Source: Lytechinus pictus
Lineage: Eukaryota
NCBI RefSeq assembly: GCF_037042905.1
Contig: NC_087250.1
Coordinates: 13,580,001 to 13,644,000 of the forward strand
Length of the DNA stretch: 64,000 nt
Reading direction: 5' to 3'
The position numbers were made by a program, and so were the translations under genes. Under the pieces are notes generated by a model. The model worked only from the letters and a program-made list of their open reading frames with translations, had not been told where the DNA came from and did not search any database. Shown here one piece after another: positions 47,801 to 58,349 of this stretch; positions within the stretch are counted from its first letter, which is position 1, and the number at the start of each line of letters is the position of its first letter.

Positions 47801-50800
47801 ATGACAAGAATCAGAATACCCCGGGAGATTGAGGGTTAAGGGTCGACATCGAGAATACCTGTGCAGGCAGTGCCCAGTGCTAGAGTTCTGTATGTGACTG
47901 ATGCTTCAAAAATGTATGGCAAAAGAGGATAAAAAATTCAAGTCAGCTCTCTTAACTCCTGGACCCTGGTAAATGGCATATGCCGCATCAGGCAGTGCAG
48001 CAGCATAAATGTATGCATGCACTAGCGCGTGCAAAAACAGATGTCAACTTTTTCCCTCGAGGCATTACGAATTTTGGCCCTTCTGCTGCTACCTATCGAT
48101 GGCACACTGTATTGTGAATCCACTAAATTGCAGTGGGGCCAGATGCTGCAACGTGACAAAATCTATTGAAAATGCAAGTCAAATCACAATGGACAGCTTA
48201 GAGGTCCTGTCGAAAGTTGGTGGACCATGACAGTCCAGTCCTAAGATTCGGACGGGACAAAACACTGCAAACACGTCGTTTGTCCAGAGTCAAGGATGAA
48301 CTGCTGTTTTGATTCAGCGATTTTCGACAAAGACTGCCTTGTCATGAAGAGCTTTTAGAAATAGATTCTCTGCAGACTTGACAAAAAACTGCCAATATGT
48401 CCAGAGTCTAGGAAGAACTGTTTAGATTCACAGATTTTCGACAAAGACTGCCTTGTCATGAAGAGCTTTTGGAAATAGATTCTCTGCAGACTTGACAAAA
48501 AACTGCCAATATGTCCAGAGTCTAGGAAGAACTGTTTAGATTCACAGATTTTCAACAAAGACTGCCTTGTCATGAAGAGCTTTTGGAAATTGATTCTCTG
48601 CAGACTTGACAAAAAACTGCCAATATGTCCAGAGTCTAGGAAGAACTGTTCAGATTCACAGATTTTCGACAAAGACTGCCTTGTCATGAAGAGCTTTTGG
48701 AAATAGATTCTCTGCAGACTTGACAAAAAACTGCCAATATGTCCAGAGTCTAGGAAGAACTGTTTAGATTCACAGATTTTCGACAAAGACTGCCTTGTCA
48801 TGAAGAGCTTTTGGAAATTGATTCTCTGCAGACTTGACAAAAAACTGCCAATATGTCCAGAGTCTAGGAAGAACTGTTTAGATTCACAGATTTTCGACAA
48901 AGACTGCCTTGTCATGAAGAGCTTTTGGAAATTGATTCTCTGCAGACTTGACAAAAAACTGCCAATATGTCCAGAGTCTAGGAAGAACTGTTTAGATTCA
49001 CAGATTTTCAACAAAGACTGCCTTGTCATGAAGAGCTTTTGGAAATTGATTCTCTGCAGACTTGACAAAAAACTGCCAATATGTCCAGAGTCTAGGAAGA
49101 ACTGTTTAGATTCACAGATTTTCGACAAAGACTGCCTTGTCATGAAGAGCTTTTGGAAATTGATTCTCTGCAGACTTGACAAAAAACTGCCAATATGTCC
49201 AGAGTCTAGGAAGAACTGTTTAGATTCACAGATTTTCGACAAAGACTGCCTTGTCATGAAGAGCTTTTGGAAATTGATTCTCTGCAGACTTGACAAAAAA
49301 CTGCCAATATGTCCAGAGTCTAGGAAGAACTGTTTAGATTCACAGATTTTCGACAAAGACTGCCTTGTCATGAAGAGCTTTTGGAAATTGATTCTCTTCA
49401 GACTTGACAAAAACTGCCAATATGTCCAGAGTCTAGGAAGAACTGTTCAGATTCACAGATTTTCGACAAAGAATGCCTTGTCATGAAGAGCTTTTGGAAA
49501 TAGATTCTCTGCAGACTTGACAAAAAAACTGCCAATATGTCCAGAGTCTAGGAAGAACTGTTTAGATTCACAGATTTTCGACAAAGAATGCCTTGTCATG
49601 AAGAGCTTTTGGAAATAGATTCTCTGCAGACTTGACAAAAAACTGCCAATATGTCCAGAGTCCAGGAAGAACTGTTTAGATTCACAGATTTTCGACAAAG
49701 ACTGCCTTGTTTGAAGAGCTTTTGGAAATAGATTCTCTGCATTTCAGAAGAATCAGACTTGACAAAAAACTGCCAATATGTCCAGAGTCCAGGAAGAACT
49801 GGTTCGATTCACCAATTTTTGACAAAGACTGCTTTGTCATGAAGGGCTCTTGACAATAGATTCTCTGCATTTCAGAAAGTGTCTGCATAGTGCTTGCAAA
49901 AACTCCTTATCGTTTTACTCATTTCAATTCAGAACTTTATTCTAGACTCCTTAGGTCCGAATTCTGAAGACGGGTTTAAATTAAACCCTGGTTTAAAGTT
50001 GTGGTTTAAGTATTGTAGGGCAAACACATTCTTGTAATGAAATAATGAATTTTAATTGTTAAAGCCACATTTAGGAGGATCAACCAAAGCCATTTTCCTC
50101 CAATCTTTGTTGTTTTTTTGCAGTCAGATGTTTGTTCCATACCTGAGGTACCTTTCCGTGGGGTCAACTGCAGCGATGCAGCCGGCAGTCAGAAGGGCTT
50201 CAGTGATGTCATGAAACTCCTTGCCAATAACTCCACGAAAGGCAGAAAATGGAATCCCATTTACAAGGCTCCCTACTTCGACTATATGGTAATTATTTAA
50301 AGCAATTAAAGTACCAGTACCTTAAGTTGCAGCATACAATGATTTCATGAGGAAGTCTATTAAAGGTGAAGTTCGCCCTAACTAAAATTTTATTGTAAAA
50401 ATAGCAGGAAAAAAAACAATAAAAAATATTGCAGAACGTTTGAGGAAAATCCATCAAAGAAGTTATTAGAATTTTAATTATTTGATTTGCGACTTCATAT
50501 GCGAGCAGCATTTCTCCATAGCGTATGGTAAAAAATCAATGAAATGTCATTTTCTCAGAAAATTGAAAATGGTTTTTATTGTACCTTTTTTATATCAATA
50601 GATGGGGGGAAAAAGTAAACAGGAACCATTGAAAAAATGAAATTCATGCATTTCATATTACATAACATATGGGGCAGCTGCTCGTTTATTGACGTCACAA
50701 ATTCAAAACTTAGCATTGTAGTATCTTTCTTAATCTTTAACGGAATTTCCTCAAACCTTGACCAATTTTTTTTATTATTTTTTTTCTGCTATTTTCAAAA

Positions 50801-51729
50801 TAACTTCTCCAGGGCAAACCTGCCTTTTAAGCAATCAAGGTTAATTGTCACCTTGTCATCATAGTGTGTAGATCTGGGCCCCGTCTTACAAAGAGTAACG
50901 ATTGCTCTGATCAACCACAGCTATATGGAAATCCATCAATGTCATAATATCTTCCATAGGCAATTTGCACAATGTCCTTTGTAAATAAAGAGAAGCACAC
51001 TGAATTTTCAAGAAAACATTGAATATATATAAATATACATCATATCTGGAAAATTTTGAATGAACAGGCATTTTAGATGTTGACCTTGCTGGCTTTCCAT
51101 AGTTGTGGTTGCGCGGAACAATTGCAACTCTTTGTAAGACGTGGCCCTGAATTAGAATTTAAATTGAAATTAGAATTGAATTCTGTGAAATCATTAAATG
51201 CAAGCTGAAGACTGATCTGACTGAAGACACCAACACAGAAAGGCACATGTGGGAAAGTGTTATTATTGCTTGGAAAAAGTTCAATTCACTGCCTGTCCTC
51301 TCACTTTATACAGGAATCAGAGGAATACTTTACCTAACGGGTTTAGTATTTTGATATGCAGTACCTTCAGCTGTGCTATGACTATGTCAATAAAACGAGC
51401 TACATATGGTTAACTTTGTCATTCTCTATGAAATGCTGAACTCTTTATGTCATTCTATGTCTGATTTTGCACGAATGATATATTGATCCTAATTTTTGAC
51501 CGAATATAAATGTTGATATCTCTCGCAGGACTCGGAGAAAGGCGATACGTATCAGGTTTGGTATGACGATACCACGAGCCTTCAGCTGCGCTATGACTAT
51601 GCCAAGGAAACGGGCCTTCTAGGAGTGGGACCTTGGAATGCAGATCTCCTGGATTACAGTGATGACCCTATCGGCAAGAACCAGACTGCTGCTATGTGGA
51701 GTGCTATGGCAAGCTTCCTTGATCAATAA
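41556..51729 (+). CDS. CTBS: Di-N-acetylchitobiase (GH18, lysosomal), full spliced gene span (7 coding exons, 1242 nt, 413 aa)
   Basis: join(41556-41819,43155-43293,44660-44862,45792-45963,46889-46986,50124-50288,51529-51729). Signal peptide followed by CPCSDPSWC, YDWDHITT, LMCFAHSKGVRVV, the GH18 catalytic motif MDGINLDIE, VTFDVAWSP, MSYDEQSQI, LGVPWYGY, PFRGVNCSDAAG and QVWYDD, all characteristic of chitobiase. Confidence 0.96.
42829..43080. mobile_element. hAT-like MITE in CTBS intron 1
   Basis: caggggcggaaatc / gattcccgcccatg; flanks atcatagg / atcataca. Confidence 0.65.
43155..43293 (+). CDS. CTBS: CTBS coding exon 2
   Basis: tttcag acceptor; IYLFSVSSHNWQHYDWDHITTIAMFGYYDPKLMCFAHSKGVRVVVL(G); donor G|GTAAGA; 139 nt. 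Confidence 0.95.
43340..43665 (-). mobile_element. L2-type LINE 3' fragment
   Basis: Minus-strand translation YVPGRRTRSSEDP..IGDRTFTVASSKEWNKLPLTIRQSPTIESFRKLFKTFLF. Confidence 0.75.
44660..44862 (+). CDS. CTBS: CTBS coding exon 3 (catalytic DGINLDIE)
   Basis: ttctcag acceptor; GFGADLLTNVTAQVEWVMSKVNYAIDNHMDGINLDIEFP...IPYSQ; donor CAG|GTACAG; 203 nt. Confidence 0.95.
44890..45137 (-). mobile_element. Degenerate tRNA-derived SINE
   Basis: ccaggtgtagtaaatgggtaacc core, tRNA-like head at about 45070-45137, (att)n tail. Confidence 0.7.
45792..45963 (+). CDS. CTBS: CTBS coding exon 4
   Basis: tttcag acceptor; VTFDVAWSPNCIDLRCYDYKAIADAVDFVFVMSYDEQSQIFGDCIAKANSPYHQTAQ; donor G|GTATGT; 172 nt. 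Confidence 0.96.
46280..46832 (-). mobile_element. L2-type LINE 3' fragment with its 3' UTR
   Basis: Minus-strand translation YTPARNLRSLNDTTKLVIPRTNLSIAEKRFSIAGSRLWNTLPSTIRTTPTISSFKRKLKSYIF; tail at about 46280-46340. Confidence 0.8.
46889..46986 (+). CDS. CTBS: CTBS coding exon 5
   Basis: acaag acceptor (AAG type); (G)VEAFLKLGIPAKKMVLGVPWYGYNYKCLIVSE; donor GAG|GTAAGA; 98 nt. Confidence 0.94.
47066..47835. mobile_element. piggyBac-like MITE
   Basis: TTAA at 47062-47065 and 47836-47839; TIR ccctaattctcccgggg / ccccgggagattgaggg; related fragments at about 27000-27384 and 33862-34290. Confidence 0.85.
48282..49872. repeat. 114-bp minisatellite, about 14 copies
   Basis: Unit cagattttcgacaaagactgccttgtcatgaagagcttttggaaa...tttagattca; period 114 (48431, 48545, ...); end copies are degenerate. 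Confidence 0.95.
50124..50288 (+). CDS. CTBS: CTBS coding exon 6
   Basis: ttttgcag acceptor; SDVCSIPEVPFRGVNCSDAAGSQKGFSDVMKLLANNSTKGRKWNPIYKAPYFDYM; donor ATG|GTAATT; 165 nt. Confidence 0.95.
50361..50830. mobile_element. TTAA-flanked MITE (partial relative at 40281-40560)
   Basis: ttaaaggtgaagttcgccct / agggcaaacctgccttttaa. Confidence 0.6.
51314..51405 (+). pseudogene. Dead duplicate (pseudo-exon) of the 5' part of CTBS exon 7
   Basis: cag acceptor, then an ungapped match ESEEYFT*RV*YFDMQYLQLCYDYVNKTS versus DSEKGDTYQVWYDDTTSLQLRYDYAKETG. Confidence 0.75.
51529..51729 (+). CDS. CTBS: CTBS coding exon 7 (last)
   Basis: tcgcag acceptor; DSEKGDTYQVWYDDTTSLQLRYDYAKETGLLGVGPWNADLLDYSDDPIGKNQTAAMWSAMASFLDQ*; TAA at 51727-51729. 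Confidence 0.95.
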   Translation, partial: DSEKGDTYQVWYDDTTSLQLRYDYAKETGLLGVGPWNADLLDYSDDPIGKNQTAAMWSAMASFLDQ

Positions 51730-51829
51730 GAAAGTGTCAGGAAAGTGTAAGGTTTAGGTGAATAGGGAGTATTGAATTGAGATATTGACATCTGTGACCT
51801 TTGACCTCAGATATAGATGTCATGGACTA

Positions 51830-54250
51830 AAGTGATGACCCTATCTTGATTACCATATCAGTAACAACCAGACTGCTGTTATGTGGGGTGCTATGGCAAG
51901 CTTCCTTGATCGATAATGCAAGACACCTTGACTGAAGGAAGTGTAAGGTTTAGGTGAATAGGGAGTATTACAATGAGATATTGACATCTGTGACCTTTGA
52001 CCTCAGATATAGATGTCATGGTCTGAAGTGATGACCCTATTGTGATTACCATATCAGTAACAACCAGACTTCTTCTATGTGGGGTACTATGGAAAGCTTC
52101 CTTGATAGGTAATTCAGACACCCATCTACATTTGAGAGGCCAAGGTATAAGGTTTAGGTAAATATGGAGTATTACCAAGTAATATTGACCTTTATGACTT
52201 TTAACCTCAGGTACTGATCTCATCTGACTGTATTGATTACCCTATCAGTAGGAACCAGACTCCTGCTATGTGGGGTACTATGGCAAGCTTCCTTGGTAAA
52301 TAACTCAAGACACCTAAAAGTAAGGTTAAGGTGTATACAAGGCTCGACATTAGCGGTGGCCCAGGGCCACCAGAAATTCACCTCGGGCAACCATTATTGA
52401 AAAAATGTTAAGTTTTGGTGGCCCGAATCGGGCAACCAGTAATTTTCAAAGTAGCGCAATTTTTCTCCCGATTTTGCACGCATTTATCAACTTTCTACAG
52501 TTCAAATTGCAAGCCAATTCGTCATGCGCCCTTTTTGTTAATATACACACACACACAAAGTTTGCATAGTCATGACAGTATGTAGGCCTACCGCTATAGC
52601 ATATACAGTAATTATTATCCAGCCGGCCGTGCTGGCCGTCTGGCGTGAGCTTTGCATGCATGAAACCACTGCAGCTAGCTGTGCGCTAGCAGTCTATTCA
52701 GACTTAGGGAGCTGCGATACGAAATGTTGCTGCTAAGAAATCTTCCACAGAACTTTGAAAATCTACGTCAAAGTCACATTTTACACCAATGAAATGCCCT
52801 TCTACAGTCCATATTACTAAAATCTGGTGTAACCTGTTTATTTGCAAGCATTAAAAAGAAGAATTATGACCTCTCTTTTGACTCAAAAAGACCGATTTCC
52901 AAATGCATTAATACACATAAAACACATACATCACAGTCCCACGTGTGCATTTGTATGTATGTTGATACTTGGTTTCTTTCGAAGCTGTGTCTTTTCTAGC
53001 CAAAAATAATTAGACAGTTTCTTTCTTTCATGTTTATAAATGACTTCTTAAACCACTCTTGAGGAAGTAAATACTTTGGGAAGGCATTTCATTGATATGA
53101 AATGTGAATTTTTCCAGCATTTTGGCAAATATAGGGAAGGACTTTTCTCACACTGTTTTTTCCAGTTGCTGTTTTCTTATTTTTTTTCTTTCACCTTTTT
53201 ATAGTGGTTAAACCATTTATACCCCTTTCCATTGAATATGCCTGATTAAAGAATAAATATTTCTACTTAAAACTAATAGTAATAATAATAAAAATTTTCC
53301 CCATTTTTATTAATTTTGTTTTATTCATTTTTCTTTCATTTTCTTTTGTTTTTTGTTTTTCTCTAAATTGTTTTTTCTTTTTTCCCGTTCTTTGTTTTTT
53401 CTTTCTCCATTTCCTTTCTTTTGTTTTATTTCACTATTTTATTATTTTTGTTTTCTTTTTTTAATATCCTATTCTAGTAAAATAACAGCAAACAAGATTT
53501 ACATACAAGATGTACAAAGTGAAAGTAACTTAGTGGTAGTGGCTGCAGGATTGATATTTTTAATTTATGTTTTCTTTATATTTTTCGGGCCACCAAAAAA
53601 AATGATTTGAAGGTTTCGGTGGCCCGAATGGGCCACCACCAAAAAAAGTTAATGTGGAGCATTGGTGTATATAAAGTATTACCAAGAAATATTGACCTGT
53701 GTGACCTTTGACCTCAGATACTGATCTCCAATGATCACAATGATAATCATGTCAGCAAGAACCAAACTGCTGCTATGTGGGGATAATATGGCAAGCTTCC
53801 TTGATAGGTGATTTAGACACCCAATAAAATTTGAGAGACCAAGGTGTAAGGTTTAGGTTAATATGGAGTATTACCAGTTAATATTGACCTCTATGACTTT
53901 TAACCTCAGGTACTGATCTCATCTGACTGTATTGATTACCCTATCAGTAAGAACCAAACTGCTGCTATGTGGGTACTCTGGTACGCTTCCTTGATAGGTG
54001 ATTTAGACACCCAATAAAATTTGAGAGACCAAGGTGTAAGGTTTAGGTTAATATGGAGTATTACCAGTTAATATTGACCTCTATGACTTTTAACCTCGGG
54101 TACTGATCTCATCTGACTGTATTGATTACCCTATCAGTAGGAACCAAACTGCTGCTATGTGGGTACTCTGGTACGCTTTCTTGATAGGTGATTCAGACAC
54201 CCAACTACATTTGAAAGACCAAGGTGTAAGGTTTAGGTGAATATGAAGTA
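51830..54250 (+). repeat. Tandem array (~190 bp x6) derived from the CTBS coding end and proximal 3' UTR
   Basis: Each unit repeats tgatgaccctatc..aaccagactgctgctatgtgg..tatggcaagcttccttgat..gtaaggtttaggtgaata. Confidence 0.9.
52338..53664. mobile_element. TIR element (hAT/P-like) inserted in the CTBS-derived array
   Basis: caaggctcgacatta / taatgtggagcattg; 7-bp TSD gtgtata at 52331-52337 and 53665-53671; subterminal ggtggcccg/gggccacc motifs. Confidence 0.8.
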
Positions 54251-57200
54251 AGACCAAAGATGATAGAGTGCCGCAAAGCGGCGCAAGATGGTTCACTCTC
54301 CGAAAAGAACGTTTTCAAGAGAGCTTTGATTCTGATAAGGGTTCCCTTCTGATATCATGAAAAAGAGAGAACATTTAACAATACCTCTGTTTAATAACAC
54401 ATTTGTACATATAGTATTTTATCTGGGCAATCAAAGCATCAGTCATTAGTCAGGGTCAGACAATGCAATTTCAAATCACAAACACTTAACCCTTGAATGG
54501 CCATAGTTAGTGTAAGTTATTTTCGGTTTAGTGAAAATTTATGTTGGCCTTGCTTATTCAAACTCAGATTTTCATTGAAATTAATGAATATCAGCTAAGT
54601 AGAGAATAGTTACCAACTGCTTCCTGAGCCTCCTTTTCTAGTTGACTTCGGAATGTCCTTACATCAACTTTTGACAGAAGTTGATCTAGGAAAAAAATTG
54701 TGAGAACTTTGTCAACTTATTAACAATATAAGATTGTTTTAGTATGATTCTATTAGAGATGGACTCTCATTGATTAGTAATTCATGAACTTTTTACTGTC
54801 ATAGTTCTCTGAATAACATTCTCATCATATTTGTCTACTTTGGTTCGACGGTGTTACATCGTTAATTAGGCCATTAGTTGAAAGAAGCAGTTCGTGATTA
54901 GACGTTGAAATTTCACAAAATATATGCGCAGAAGATTAAATCTTCTACCTTTGGTCATCTTATTCCATGTGTTTTATTATGGAAAATGTATATATTTTCA
55001 GATACATGTAGAGGCAATATGGTGATCTATTAATTAAATTTATAGCTTGGTATTCACTTCAATGTCAAAACATCTACATTTTGTGCTTAGCCGGTGATGA
55101 ATGACCATGTTTATTTTTGCAGGAGTTTATTATTTAGGATTGTGTTTGTGGCAGTTATCCTTGTTGTTTTTATATCTTCGTAGCGACTATTTTATTTATA
55201 AATTTAAATTCATTGATATTGATATTTTAAGTTAAGATGAAGTGATATCAAGTAGACCTATGTTATTCTATTATAATTGATCTTAAACCTTTTTGTTCAT
55301 ACTCACTCTTTTATCCGCTTCTGTTTTATGTAAGCACCCAATGGATAGGGTCAAATGGTCTTCATTGACTACAGTAATTCAGTTAACTTTATTTGACCCT
55401 GGCAGTCCAGTGGGTGCTCAATCTATACTCTGTTATGTTTATTATGTGTTGTACTTCACTGTACCAATTTCTATACTTTTCACTGCCGGAATAAATAATA
55501 ATTAAAAAAATATAAAAAAATAGGATGCACATAATTACTAGGTGCAAGATCTCATTCGATCATAGAGGTGAGAGCGTTGAATGTCCATCTATGACAGGTT
55601 CATGGTTTTAGTGATGCATCAAAAATGCACATTTTGTCCGCATCTATTGCCTGTTTGGTACCAAGAGCATATTGAACATAGTACCAAATCCAGTGAATAT
55701 CCCGAAAGATACACAAAATAACTCATCGGGACTCTTGGATTATTTCTGGCATTCCTTTATGAGTCATCCAATCAAATTGTTACATTCATATGAAATTGAA
55801 AAATAATGTTTTTATTTCTATTCTAACAGACCATGGAGATATATGGACAGACAAGTATGCATTCATTTCGCTGCAATGGAGCACAAGGCTAATGTGTTGG
55901 CCAATCTATTTTGACTCCAAAAAAATATTGATAGGCCTACTACAAAACATCTGTCCCTTCACTTCCAGGTATGTGTTAAAATTGACATACTAGGTACAAT
56001 CTACATTCCTTTTATCAAAGTACTACAATTTTGTTGTCATTACTACTGACTCTCACTGTATTTTGATATCTTTTCTAATTTTGCCTGTGTTCCATATGAA
56101 ACTACAATAAATTTGTTGGATTAAATTCTCCCAAAATAAGGGCCAGATTGCACCAGGGAGCATCTAGGACCATATCCGCAAGGGTCTTCGCACTTCGCAC
56201 ACATTTTTTTAAAGTATCCACTTCACCCTGGCCCTTTCAGGTTTATTTCGAGTCTCACCTGGCCCTTCAAAGAAAAAGTTTGAGAACCCCTGCCCTGTAG
56301 TATCTCGTGTCAACACACTCCTGTTTGACAAAAGAATGCAAAGATAGTTCCATACCTGATATTAGGCTTTTGAGCTCTATTTCATGCTTCTTCAGCTTCG
56401 GTTGCATGCCTTTCATGCACTGTTCTAGTCTCGACTTTGTTTTTCCTAGTACTTCTACTGTACCATATTCTCCTTTGTAGGTTGGTTCAATTATTAGATA
56501 ATTGACAAACTTTTTGAGAGTGTCCACATATTTGTGTGTAGTTTTTGGCTTTTGCGTGAGCTTCAACTTATCAACAACTCTGTTTCAAAGGAAGAATAAA
56601 TGGAGAAAATTCATATTCATGGATATAAATCAATCGTATTGTTAGGATTCAGAGGTCTGTGATCAACTCTGCCGATTGAGAACCAGTTGTCATTATAAAA
56701 GACAATGACTCAAGCTTAAAGTGAAATTGCTAAATGGACAATTTATGAGCTACATAGTACAGCAAGGCAAGTTTTAAGCTTATTCATCACTTGGCAGCTA
56801 AGTATTTTGCTTAAGAAAAAACTCAAATTTAAAGGTTTTGACAGTAGACTTAATAATAATAATCCGCTTTTATATAACTTAAAGGGATGGTCCAGGCTGA
56901 AAGTATGCATAGCAGATAGCTTAATAAATAGAGTACAATTCACTGAGCGAAATGCCGAACAGTTCATCAAAATTGGATAACAAATAACAAATTTATTGAA
57001 TTTTAAATTTTAGCAATATTTTGTGAAAACAGTCGTCATGAATATTTATTAAATGAAAGTGAGCATGGACGCTAATGTGTTTTGGACTAATCAAGTATGA
57101 AAACGCTAATTCTGGCCTGAAAAGTGGAAGCATAAACACGGCCTAATGAAACAAGACGCCATCCTTTTCGGGCTGGTGAAAAGCACAAGAAAGGCTATTG

Positions 57201-57440
57201 CCGAGACCGGTCAATTGGCATGGAAAGCGGTGATATTGCATAAAGCTTGTAATGCTGTGGTAAGAAGTTCATAAGCCTTCGATTGGTATATGACTTATCA
57301 ATCTCATGTTTTGGTTCGATCTGTGTCTTTTAACTTTTTTTTTATCACGGACAGAAATTCAAAAATGGAAAGGTAAACACCTACCCCAAAAAATAATTTC
57401 CCAATTTTTTGTATTTGTTCCACTTATTTATGTTGGATGA

Positions 57441-57604
57441 TAGCCTATCTGATATGCGCTGGGCTATAGTGGGCAAGTTACTGGTCTCGGGAAGTACTGA
57501 ACATATCGCTGAAGTTCATTTTTCGTCTTCACCATTGATGATAGGCGCGTCGCCCTCGCTCGTCAGTAGTTTGCCCACTAGCCCGACGCATATCGGATAG
57601 TTTA
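57441..57604. mobile_element. 164-bp hairpin MITE with 9-bp TSD
   Basis: gttggatga at 57432-57440 and 57605-57613; arms ctatctgatatgcgctgggcta..gtgggcaa / ttgcccactagcccgacgcatatcggatag. Confidence 0.7.
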
Positions 57605-58349
57605 GTTGGATGATAGATTAATGTTCAGAGTGCAAGAACCTTCAAACCAAATTGGAGTAATTTAGAAAACAATAAAACTTGAGTCAATTGAATTTGAGTA
57701 AAAGTTTCTGTCCGTTATGAATGGCAACAGCACCCAATGAATAAAATGGTATATTCCAGTACTTTCGGAATCATTAATCTTCATGATACTGGAGTATTAG
57801 AAAACCTAGATATGATAGGTTATTTTAAAAGCAATTTTGATAGAAAAAAATTCTTAAAAATTAATCTCCCCAATGTTACCCTTTAACCGATCATACTTAG
57901 CTTTGAAGTTGGGGGCATTGGCAGTAATCATGCATAAAAACACGAAAAATGAGCTTTCTTAACACCTTTAGTGTAATTTGCCATTTACCGAAAGATTGTT
58001 GACCTTTAGTCATTTCTGGCCAAAACTTTTTAACTGGAGGTCAAGAGTATATATGATTGTGTACTGTTTGTTATAAACTCTCCCTATATGGGAATGTTCG
58101 CAACTGTCGCTAGATTTTGTGATCCGTTTTCATCACAATTCTTAATTCTGGGCAAGTTTCTATGGGAATTTCTTCATAGAGTTTGGTTGACGTAACAGGC
58201 ACCACTTCTCCAGAGTCGACCAAAAGTTTACATGAGGCCCCATTCACACTGCCTGAAATATACGCTGTCAGTCCATTTGATTTGTCAATGCGTACTATAA
58301 TGGGACCTGATTCAACCTTTTTGGGCTATGACCTGTTTGATGGGGTCGG

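Larger units (their letters stand above)
46997..49908. mobile_element. PIF/Harbinger-group (ISL2EU-like) non-autonomous element filling most of CTBS intron 5
   Basis: agggagttttagcaa versus ttgcaaaaactcctt (13/15 inverted match); contains the piggyBac-like MITE and the 114-bp array. Confidence 0.5.

Noticed and set aside
48282..49872. CRISPR-like array or a repeat-protein gene (ORFs of 351 aa and 228 aa)
   Set aside because: Units are contiguous with no unique spacers and there are no cas genes. The context is a eukaryotic intron. The ORFs follow from a unit length divisible by three and break at indels.
50124..50128. Alternative tandem acceptor (cagTCAG) for CTBS exon 6
   Set aside because: The distal AG is 4 nt downstream and would frameshift the conserved sequence
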